DNA of 64,000 nt from Macrostomum lignano. Taxonomy: Eukaryota. The notes beneath the pieces were generated by a model, which saw only the letters and a program-made list of their open reading frames with translations, ran no database searches and was not told the origin of the DNA. Shown piece after piece: positions 46,188 to 58,100 of this stretch. The translations under genes were made by a program, and so were the position numbers. Numbering within the stretch: position 1 is the first letter of the stretch; each line of letters opens with the position of its first letter. The stretch spans positions 32,801 through 96,800 of the forward strand of contig NIVC01003456.1 in the NCBI GenBank assembly GCA_002269645.1. Direction: 5' to 3'.

Positions 46188-49100
46188 ATGCTGCGGATCT
46201 TGCTGCTGCTGCTGCCGCTGCTTCTGCTGCAGCAGCTGCTTGGAGTCAGCGGCCAGGCGCAGGAAGGTGAGGCAATCGGCAAGATTTCCCCCGAGTAAAA
46301 TCGCTAAAGCTTGCTTAATAATATGAGAACTTAGAGTTTCTCATCATAGGACAGTATCTCTCACGAGCTCACAGCTTTAAATTAAAATCTGAAACTCTCG
46401 AACTAAGTGCCAGAGTCTTGAACTAGCTTTAACTCTCGAACTACTAAGTGCCAGAGTCTTGAACTAGCTCTAACTCTCGAACTACTAAGTGCCAGAGTCT
46501 TGAACTAGCTCTAACTCTCGAACTAAGTGCCAGAGTCTTGAACTAGCTCTAACTCTCGAACTAAGTGCCAGAGTCTTGAACTAGCTCTAACTCTCGAACT
46601 AAGTGTCAGGGTCTTGAACTAGCTCTAACACTCGAACTAAGTGCCAGAGTCTTGAACTAGCTCTAACTCTCGAACTAAGTGCCAGAGTCTTGAACTAGCT
46701 CTAACACTCGAACTAAGTGCCAGAGTCTTGAACTAGCTCTAACACTCGAACTAAGTGCCAGAGTCTTGAACTAGCTCTAACTCTCGAACTAAGTGCCAGA
46801 GTCTTGAACTAGCTCTAACTATCGAACTAAGTGCCAGAGTCTTGAATGGAGGCAACCAGAATCGCAAAGTCTGCGACATCAAAGGTGAAGGTCCTGCTAC
46901 TTGTCTTCTTTGATGCAAGGGACATGTGTCAAGCAGTATCTGGTGAACAGCAATGTTACTTTGCTGGAGCAGTTTCCATCCAGGGATTTTTTCCTGAATC
47001 TCAAAGAGGGGGCGCAAAGGAACTCTTTTTCCCAACATAGATCATCAGGAGAGCCACAACGAAGGAACTTTGGAGTGTTCAGACCACATGCACACAGAAC
47101 TTCTTAAGGAACGACCTGGGAGAGGTTTTATAGAAATTATATGCACTACTTTTTAAACTTTTCAGAGTCCTACACCTTGGTGATCAAGACTGGCAAAACG
47201 GGGACCACCAACAAGGTTTTCTTCAGCCTTAAGGGCCAGATGGGCGATTCCCCACAGCAGAGCATCAACTTTGATGGCTCCGACAAGCCTATCACGAGCA
47301 TGTTCACACCGGGAAAGTGAGTGCCTTCACTGGGCTAGGGGAGCATTCCCAAGAGCACAGCATGTTCACACCGGGAAAGTGAGTGCCTTCACTGGGCTAA
47401 GGGAGCATTCCCAAGAGCACACAGGATGTTCACACCGGGAAAGTGAGCCCAGTTCACTGGGCTAGGGGAGCATTCCAAGAGCACACAGGATGTTCACACC
47501 GGGAAAGTGAGAGCCTTCACTGGGTTAGGGGAGCATTTCCCAAGAGAACATCTGCAACAGTCGCTGCCATTCTCTCTCGCAAGGGTGGATGTCATCGAAG
47601 GCAAATTTCGCGGAGCCCTGGGCTACATCAGCACAGTGAAGGTCAGCCAGGACTCTTACAATGGCTGGGAAATCGAAAGTGTAAGTTGTCTTGCACTCGC
47701 TTGTCTGCTTTAAGTAGTTATTTAGGAGTCGCAGTGCTATGCTCATACCCTTTGGCCCCTTTGGCCACTGAAAGTGCCAGACTGGCGCGACCGAGTTCAG
47801 TTTTTGTTGTCTCTCTCAGTTAACAGCCACCTCATCAGTGGTATCGCTGATGTGCAAATGACAACCGAAATCGGAAGGCCTTAGAATCCTGTTACACCGC
47901 GTTTTATGTTTCTGTTAGCGATGCATCATTATGTTTGCTGCAATTCCACGTGCCCTCTCAGATTGTGGTCTTCAGTGACACCACCAGGGTGTCCAACAAC
48001 GAGACCTACATTGTTCGGCAGCCCCAGGACATCAGCTTCAACGGTGAGCAGCGAATTGTCCTTGCTCCATGCTATGACATTCCCATGACCCATGTGAGCA
48101 CTGACACTGTGCTGTCCTGCTCCATGCTATGACATTCCCATGACCCATGTGAGCACTGACACTGTGCTGTCCTGCTCCATGCTATGACATTCCCACGACC
48201 CATGTGAGCACCGACACTGTGCTGTCCTTGCTCCATGCTATGACACTCCCATGACCCATGTGAGCACTGACACTGTGCTGTCCTGCTTCATGCTATGACA
48301 TTCCTTTTTTTGTAAAGTCAGCTTATTTGGCAATGTTCAACCGTCTCTATACATTTTGCGGCAGCGTGCAAAGGAGAGAAAATGAATCGGCATAGAATAA
48401 CGTGGAAGTCAGTAGCAGTGACTTAGTGCAAATAGCCAATACAATTTACAGTCACACAACTGAGGTCATCACACCCATGACCCATGTGAGCACTGGAACT
48501 GAGCTGCCCTTGCACCCTGCTATGACATACCATGACCCAATGACTTACAGTGAACTGCGGCTGGAGCGCCTGGAGCAGCTGGATGACCTGCCAAGGCACC
48601 TGCGCCACAGGTGGGGTCCAGATGCGAATCCGCAACCCGAACAGCCCCCCCAGGATCAACTCTGGCAAAGCGTGCGAGGGCTCCGAGTTCGAGCAGCAGC
48701 CCTGCAAACTGGCAATGGACTGTCCGGGTAACACTGGGGTTCGGGTGCTGGGTCCAGTGGCTGGGAATGCAACTGGGTAGCTGGGAATGCAACTGGGTAG
48801 CTGGGAATGCAACTGGGTAGCTGGGAATGCAACTGGGTAGCTGGGAATGCAACTGGGTAGCTGGGAATGCAACTGGGTAGCTGGGCATGCAACTGGGTAG
48901 CTGGGCATGCAACTGGGTAGCTGGGCATGCAACTGGGTAGCTGGACATGCAACTGGGTAGCTGGGCATGCAACTGGGTAGCTGGGCATGCAACTGTATAG
49001 CTGGACATGCAACTGGATAGCTGGACATGCAACTGAATAGCTGGACATGCAACTGGATAGCTGGGCATGCAACTGTATAGCTGGACATGCAACTGTATAG

Positions 49101-52100
49101 CTGGGCATGCAACTGGATAGCTGGACATGCAACTGTATAGCTGGACATGCAACTGGATAGCTGGGCATGCAACTGTATAGCTGGAGATGCAACTGGGTAG
49201 CTGGACATGCAACTGGGTAGCTGGGCATGCAACTGGGTAGCTGGATATGCAACTGGGTAGCTGGACATGCAACTGGATAGCTGGGCATGCAACTGTATAG
49301 CTGGACATGCAACTGGGTAAGCTGGACATGCAACTGGGTAGCTGGGCATGCAACTGGGTAGCTGGGAATGCAACTGTATAGCTGGACATGCAACTGGGTA
49401 GCTGGGAATGCAACTGGATAGCTGGACATGCAACTGTATAGCTGGACATGCAACTGGATAGCTGGACATGCAACTGGATAGCTGGACATGCAACTGTATG
49501 CTGGGCATGCAACTGTATACGAGCGTAGCTGGGCATGCAACTGGGTAGCTGGACATGCAACTGGATAGCTGGACATGCAACTGGGTAGCTGGGCATGCAA
49601 CTGGGTAGCTGGACATGCAACTGGGTAGCTGGGCATGCAACTGTATAGCAGGAAATGCAACTGGGTAAGCTGGACATGCAACTGGGTAGCTGGGCATGCA
49701 ACTGGGTAGCTGGGAATGCAACTGTATAGCTGGACATGCAACTGGGTAGCTGGGAATGCAACTGGATAGCTGGACATGCAACTGTATAGCTGGACATGCA
49801 ACTGGATAGCTGGACATGCAACTGGATAGCTGGACATGCAACTGTATGCTGGGCATGCAACTGTATACGAGCGTAGCTGGGCATGCAACTGGGTAGCTGG
49901 GCATGCAACTGGGTAGCTGGACATGCAACTGGGTAGCTGGGCATGCAACTGTATAGCTGGACATGCAACTGTATAGCTGGAAATGCAACTGGGTAAGCTG
50001 GACATGCAACTGGGTAGCTGGACATGCAACTGGGTAGCTGGGCATGCAACTGGGTAGCTGGGCATGCAACTGGGTAGCTGGACATGCAACTGGGTAGCTG
50101 GGCATGCAACTGGGTAGCTGGGAATGCAACTGTATAGCTGGACATGCAACTGGGTAGCTGGGAATGCAACTGGATAGCTGGACATGCAACTGTATAGCTG
50201 GACATGCAACTGGGTAGCTGGGCATGCAACTGTATAGCTGGACATGCAACTGGATAGCTGGACATGCAACTGTATGCTGGGCATGCAACTGTATACGAGC
50301 GTAGCTGGGTATGCAACTGGGTAGCTGGATACAACTGGGTAGCTGGGCATGCAACTGGGTAGCTGGACATGCAACTGGATAGCTGGACATGCAACTGTAT
50401 GCTGGGCATGCAACTGTATACGAGCGTAGCTGGGCATGCAACTGGGTAGCTGGGCATGCAACTGGGTAGCTGGACATGCAACTGGGTAGCTGGGCATGCA
50501 ACTGTATAGCTGGAAATGCAACTGGGTAAGCTGGACATGCAACTGGGTAGCTAGCTGGGCATGCAACTGGGTAGCTGGACATGCAACTGGATAGCTGGAC
50601 ATGCAACTGTATGCTGGGCATGCAACTGTATACGAGCGTAGCTGGGCATGCAACTGGGTAGCTGGACATGCAACTGGATAGCTGGGCATGAAACTGTATA
50701 GCTGGACATGCAACTGGATAGCTGGACATGCAACTGTATGCTGGACATGCAACTGGGTAGCTGGGCATGCAACTGGGTAGCTGGACATGCAACTGGGTAG
50801 CTGGGCATGCAACTGGGTAGCTGGACATGCAACTGGGTAGCTGGACATGCAACTGGGTAGCTGGGCATGCAACTGGGTAGCTGGACATGCAACTGGGTAG
50901 CTGGGCATGCAACTGGGTAGCTTGGTAAGTGGTATTTAGTTTGCTTATCCGAGGTATGAAGCGGTATCAAGTAGCCATATCGGGTATTATTGGGTCGAGT
51001 AGACTCAAGCTCAAACAGTAAACACCTGGCCAGGCCGAAACTTATTGAGGTAAAAATTGAGTCAGAATTTCACTACCAGCATGTACAGAGTCTATCGGCC
51101 ACTCACTCCACTGTCAATTTTTACACCCCAAATTCCACAGTGAATGGCAACTGGAGCGACTGGTCCCCCTGGAGCGCCTGCAGCGTCAGCTGCGCCCAAG
51201 GCAGCCGCAGCCGCAGCCGCACCTGTACGAACCCGGCGCCCGCAAACGGCGGACTGGACTGTGTCGGCGCCGCCAGCGACACCGGGGTCTGCACCGAGTC
51301 GCCCTGCCCCAGTTCGTCCTCAGATCTTACTCTGACTACTCTGAGTCGCTAGCAAATAACTCTGTAACTTGTATTGGAAACTGCTTATTATATCTGTCTG
51401 GCAGCTCAGACTCTTGTTACCTCATCTGGGATTTCATCTCTGGCAATCACGGAAACCCTGATTTGATCAATCCGTTACTTCGCCGGCTGGCCCTGTGGGA
51501 AATATAGCTTACTATGTTAGACCAGGTGTCGGGTGCCAAAAAGCGGCCAATATTGCAGAAAGATCGCCCCTAAGAGCTCCCCAAGCCAGCAGATCCGCAC
51601 CCGCCCCGCAGTCGATGGCCAGTGGGGCAGCTGGTCCCCGTTCTCCGCCTGCAACGCCAGCTGCGGCCCCGGAGTCCAGACCCGAGCTCGCCTGTGCAAC
51701 TCGCCAGAGCCGAAGTTCAACGGCAGGAACTGCCAGGGCGACGGAATCGAGCTCAAGACCTGCGAGCTGACTCCATGTCCCAGTGAGTTGGGCTGGCTTC
51801 CATAGCAACCATCACCTACATAAACCTGTTGAGTCACGCTCCCGTAGCATTCACCGCAAAGTCACAGCCTCACAGCCCCATCCGTGCCCCAACCCGCTGA
51901 GTCCGTGGCGCACTCGAAGTGCTGGGGTGGGCGTTGCGTGCAGCAGCCGGAGTCGGGACGAGGCTTCAGCGCGGCCGTTTCCTCGGCAACTTGTCGCCAG
52001 GAATTGTCCGAGGTAAGGTGCCGAATTTATCTCAGTAAATCTCTGTGTGCATGAATAAGCCTGCTTGAGCTGTGATTGGATAAAAGCTTTCAAATTTATT

Positions 52101-55100
52101 CAGCGCAAACTCATTTATACGATTTTTTTTAGCGTTAAAAAGATATATAGAATCGCTTCAACACTAAAGCTCGTATTTCACAAATCCTTTCTTCCATGAG
52201 CTGCTGGTCCTCAATGTGGACTGCAGCTTCAGTAGCTCTGGCACAAATCCTCACGCAATTCTGTCCATGAGCTGCTGGCCCTCAATATGGACTGCAGCTT
52301 CAGTAGCTCTGGCACAAATCCTCACGCAATTCTGTCCATGAGCTGCTGGCCCTCAATGTGGACTGCAGCTTCAGTAGCTCTGGCACAAATCCTCAAGCAA
52401 TTCTGTCCATGATCTGCTGGCCCTCAATGTGGACTGCAGCTTCAGTAGCTCTGGCACAAATCCTCACGCAATTCTGTCCATGAGCTGCTGGCCCTCAATG
52501 TGGACTGCAGCTTCAGTAGCTCTGGCACAAATCCTCAAGCAATTCTGTCCATGATCTGCTGGCCCTCAATGTGGACTGCAGCTTCAGTAGCTCTGGCACA
52601 AATCCTCAAGCAATTCTGTCCATGAGCTGCTGGCCCTCAATGTGGACTGCAGCTTCAGTAGCTCTGGCACAAATCCTCAAGCAATTCTGTCCATGATCTG
52701 CTGGCCCTCAATGTGGACTGCAGCTTCAGTAGCTCTGGCACAAATCCTCACGCAATTCTGTCCATGAGCTGCTGGCCCTCAATGTGGACTGCAGCTTCAG
52801 TAGCTCTGGCACAAATCCTCAAGCAATTCTGTCCATGATCTGCTGGCCCTCAATGTGGACTGCAGCTTCAGTAGCTCTGGCACAAATCCTCACGCTTCAC
52901 TTTAACAGTCATGAACAGAGCCGGAACGGCTGCACCAGGCTATGGCAGTCCCAACAAGAACTGCAACCCGACAGCCCGACATTCCAGACCAGCTTTACTT
53001 TATTGCTAATGGCTGGCGACTGAGATGCCCACTCCAGAGCCGTCTGCATCTCCAGATTCCCTCGCAATCGAACTCACAGGTTCACAAAGTTACACAGTTC
53101 TGTGGCATTCTGTTGGTGCGTGGGTGCGTCTGAGAGCAACTCTGCGATTTTAATTTGCATAAATTAAGCCTGGCTGCCACCTCAGATTCAAGAGACAAAA
53201 TGCCATCTTGATACCAGATTGCTCTTCGCCATAAGTCAGCGGATCCTCAGCTGATGGCCCATCAGTCAGCGGATCCTCAGCTGATGGTCCATCAGTCAGC
53301 GGATCCCAGACAATAGCCAATGAGTTGTTTCCCATATCGCCCAAAGCAAATTCGATGAACATCCCGCAGTCGACGGCGGCTGGTCCAGCTGGGGCGAGTT
53401 CTCCAGCTGCTCGAGCTCGTGCGGCGACGGCATCGAGATTCGAAACCGGCCCTGCACGAACCCGCCTCCCCAGTTCGGCGGGCGGCCTTGTCCGGGGAGC
53501 GCCAACGACTCGAGGTCATGCAATCTCAGGCCATGCCCGAGTGAGTGGCTAGGGGCTTCCCAGCAGTTTAATGGTGGTCGAATATCGGGATTTAATAAAA
53601 ACTGCACGAGAGACCCGCAGAGACTCGAGATGTCCAATCCCGAACCCCTAAACCTTCCAGTTGACGGCCAATGGAGCGAGTGGTCCACCTTCTCTGGGTG
53701 CAGTCGCAGCTGTGGCTCCGGCAAGCAGTGGCGCGGCCGCCAGTGCGCCAGCCCGGTCCCGCAGTTTGGCGGTCTCGACTGCCCCGGCGGAGCCAACGAG
53801 ACCGCGAGTGCAACACCAACCCTTGTCCAGGTGGGTGCTTCGCGTGGAACCAGTTTCCTGATCGAAGACTTAAATCCAGAGAAAGTAGAGAGAATCATTC
53901 GAGTAAAAGGGTTGACCACGTGTCCATTGGCAAGATAATATGACTTTTAGACTCTCTCAGCAGCCAGCCTCCCTGCATCCGACGCCATTTTCTTGAACTT
54001 CCCTGCAGTGGACGGCGGCTGGTCTGCCTGGTCCGCCTTTGCTGACTGCAGCGTCACCTGCGGCAACGGCAGCCACAGCCGCCAGCGCAGCTGCAGCAGC
54101 CCGGAGCCGCAGTTCGGAGGCCTCAACTGTTCTGGCAAGGCGGTCGAATTCGGCAACTGTAACCCCGACCTTGCCCGAGTGAGTGACAGCCGCTGCTCTC
54201 CCTGCCAGCCCCACCTGCCGAGTGAGTGACAGCCGCTGCTCTCCCTGCCAGCCCCACCTGCCCGAGTGAGTGACAGCCGCTGCTCTCCCTGCCAGCCCCA
54301 CCTGCCCGAGTGAGTGACAGCCGCTGCTCTCCCTGCCAGCCCCACCTGCCCGAGTGAGTGACAGCCGCTGCTCTCCCTGCCAGCCCCACCTGCCCGAGTG
54401 AGTGACAGCCGCTGCTCTCCCTGCCAGCCCCACCTGCCCGAGTGAGTGACAGCCGCTGCTCTCCCTGCCCAGCCCCACCTGCCCGAGTGAGTGACAGCCG
54501 CTGCTCTCCCTGCCAGCCCCACCTGCCCGAGTGAGTGATAGCCGCTGCTCCCCCTGCCGCTGTCACTCACAGGGGGAGCAGCGGCTGTCACTCACTCGGG
54601 CAGGTGGGGCTGGGCAGGGAGAGCAGCGGCTGTCACTCACTCGGCCAGGGTGGGGATGGGTCTGGCTGCTCACTTCTTCATCGTACAGCTCACCTACTCA
54701 CATATTTGACCTTTTAATTAGCTTTCGAATAGACCAGAATTTATTACGAGCATTGAGTGCATGGTCCGGATGCGCAGTAATTAATGAGCCGTGGCAGCAC
54801 TGGACAACCCATGCACTCGCAATGACAATTAAATCTCAGTGCTTCAAGCCAAGCCATGCCATGGAACTCTCCCGCAGTTGACGGAGCCTGGACCAGCTGG
54901 TCTGACTACTCGGCCTGCTCGCTCACCTGCGGCAGGGGTCGCCAGTGGAGCCAGCGGAGCTGCAGCGCTCCGGAGCCGCAGTTCGGCGGGAAAAACTGCC
55001 CAGGAAACTCCACCCGCGACCGAGCCTGCCTGGTCACTGAGTGCCCCGTGGACGGCCTCTGGGGATCCTGGGGCGCCTGGGAGAGCTGCAGCGTCACCTG

Positions 55101-58100
55101 CGGCAGCGGCACCGCCTGGAGGAGGCGGCACTGCGACTCCCCGGAGCCTCAGTTTGGCGGCAGCCGCTGCAGTGGTGCAGGCAACGAGAGCACGCCCTGC
55201 CATCCGGAGGACTGCCCCAGTGCGTGCTGCCGCATGGTCTTGCTTCCCATTTCCCCTGTACTCAGCGCATTTGTGCTTGGGCCATTTTCGCCTATTCCCC
55301 GCCCCTGGTTTGTCAATTCAGCTTCACCTTGCAGACGCCGTCACCCGTTCACAGTCATCCCGCCGTTTCTTCCATATTATTTTTTTCAATTCTCCGTCAT
55401 CGCCCAAATTTCAGTAAACGGCGGCTGGTCGCCCTGGTCGGAATTCACCGCCTGCTCCAGGTCTTGCGGGGGCGGCCAGCGCAGCCGCACTCGGCGGTGC
55501 GACTCCCCGCCGCCCCACGCCGGCGGCGCTGACTGCGTTGGCAGCGGAAGTGACGTCCAGGACTGCGGCACGGACCCTTGCCCAGGTCTGGCTTGTCTCC
55601 TACAAGACTATGCGATATGAGTTATGACCCCGCTGCCAACTATAGCAAGATTTTCCATCTATATTAAGCTGTTGCGTTTGTGTACGGTTGGGTTGCCAGA
55701 CAGAAGAATGCCTGCAGGGCCATAGACTTCAGCAGGGGTGTAGCCAGTGAGACAAGGGTGCCGCTGATAAAACTCATGTCACCCCTTCGCAACTGATTTG
55801 GAGCCCATTCACGTCAGTTGTGGTGTCCCCTACCTGCTGATTTGGCCCCCTCACAGAAGGTGAGCCCTTGGTGCCCCTTGATGCTGGCGCCCCCTTGGTG
55901 CTAGAGCCCGTTGTTGATGGTGCTTTAGTGTCTCTGGGAGTATCTAATATTTTGACCGGGTTGAAATTGCTGTCGCCAAACCGATTGAGGTGTATCGTCC
56001 TTCCTGTCTCGTTTTTGTTTCTGGTCTGGAAAAAGCGCAAACTTGAAATCATGAGATGCTGAAGAGAATTCACAGATGCATTTTTTATATCCGCCCTCAC
56101 CCCAGTGAACGGAGGCTGGGCGCAGTGGAGCGCCTGGGGCAGCTGCTCCAGGAGCTGCGGCTCTGGCCTGGTGCAGCGCAGCCGCGGCTGCACCAACCCT
56201 GTGCCCGAATTTGGGGGCGACGACTGCGCTGGCGAGGCTGTCCAATCCACCGCCTGCGACATCCCCGCCTGCCCCGGTGAGGCCCGCCCTGCCCCCAAAC
56301 ACCGCCTGCGACATCCCCGTCTGCCCCGGTGAGGCCCGCCCTGCCCCCAAACACCGCCTGCGACATCCCCGTCTGCCCCGGTGAGGCCCTCCCTGCTCTC
56401 TACCGGGTACTGCTCAGGATGACCCCTCAGCTCCCAGCTGACTTTTAAAGCTGATTAATCGGGTCGTCAGGCTGTTTAACGGCTCTGCAGCCCCGACCCA
56501 CGAAGCCTCCCGAGAGTCAAAAAGTCACTGGAATCACAGAAATTCATGAGTTTTTTGTTCCATCTTTTTGTTAACTAGTTTGTTTCTTGATATTCTGTTT
56601 GACCTTTTCGTTCGCAAAGATTTACCTTTCTGCCAATCTGCCTTAAAAGCGAAGTGTAACTGAGCCGCCTGCCAATTCAATTCCATTCCCAATTCAATTC
56701 CAGTGAACGGAGGCTGGGGGCATGGGGCCAGTGGGGCGACTGCAGCCTTAGCTGCGGTGGCGGCAACCAGCTGCGCTCTCGTCAGTGCGACTCGCCGAGA
56801 CCGCAAAACGGCGGAGGAGCCTGCGTTGGCACCGCCAGTGACGGCAGGCAGTGCAACACGGACCCCTGCCCCAGTGAGTGCCCTCGTTTGTCCACACAAA
56901 TTACTCATGTCTTCAGCACCACTCGACTGACTTCGGGCTTTCAACTTAGAGTTTTACCTGAAAGCAAGTCACACAGACATCCGCCCTCTCCGACTGCAGT
57001 TGACGGTGGCTGGTCAGCCTGGAGCGAGTGGTCCGGCTGCTCCACCAGCTGCGGTACCGGCAAGTCGACCAGGCAGCGTGGCTGCTCGAGCCCTGTGCCG
57101 CAGTTTGGCGGCCGGGGCTGCTCAGGCAGCGGCTCAGACATTCGCGACTGCCAACAAGGGCCCTGTCCAGGTGCGTTTCCTTGACCACTGACGTGACTTG
57201 GTCTTTCATGAATATATCTATGTATGAAAATATTGTGGCATGGAATCGCTTCCGATTTTATGTGCTCATCAACAGTGCACGGAGGCTGGAGCGAGTGGAC
57301 CGAGTTCTCGAACTGCTCCGTAACCTGCGGCAATGGAACCCGTAGCCGGAGCCGCAGCTGCAGCAGCCCGGCCCCCCAGTACGGTGGCCGCTTTTGCCTG
57401 CCCTGCACCGCAAACCTTACCTATCCGGAGTCTGCCGACAACGCCTCTGTCTCTTTGGCAACTGTTGTCAAGGACTACGTGAGCGTTGAGGACAATTGCT
57501 CCTACAAGGGAAACTACTATGAGGTGGACGGCGATCTCATAATTTGGGACGATGACGTTCAGTACGCGAACTGCAGCATGGAGCCCTGCATATGTGAGTC
57601 ACCCCATCGTAGGTCCTTTGGTCTCCCTATAAATTAGCGATTGCACATTTACTTCGTACCTCAACCCTCTCAATACGCAGCGACCCTTGCTGACAAGGCC
57701 AACAGTTTCGTTGACGAATTCCTCAAAGGCCTGAACAACTCAGGGACCAACAAATCCGTAAGTGCAGGAGAGCCCCTAGTTGCAATTTCGCTCAATTACT
57801 TTGCACCTATTTTGTAATTGCGGCTGCATCTTCTCTCTACGCTGGCCCGCAGGACTCGGAGTCCATGAAGGCCGCACAGGAGATGGTGAACAAGATTACA
57901 AACCTGTTGGCAGATCAGCTGAAGAACGCGGAGGTGGGTAAGCCTGTGATGATCGACGCCAAGGGCGTCTCCGTCGGCGTGTCGAAGGTGAACTCGTCCA
58001 ACATGGCGGGCTCCGAGATGAAGTCCGGTGACAAGGGCGGCATCGTGCTGGGCGACGCAGAAGATACCGGGGTCGAGGGCCAGGACGCCAGTCTGAAGTT

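Noticed and set aside
48423-50912. Very long minus-strand ORFs (672-829 aa)
   Set aside because: Entirely a 20-bp tandem repeat whose units lack stop codons; intronic and antisense to polycystin.
51870-52013. Possible degenerate extra TSP1 exon ending ...NCP before a GTAAGG donor
   Set aside because: It lacks the WSxW and CSxxCG pattern, and its phase does not match the phase-1 TSP1 exons.
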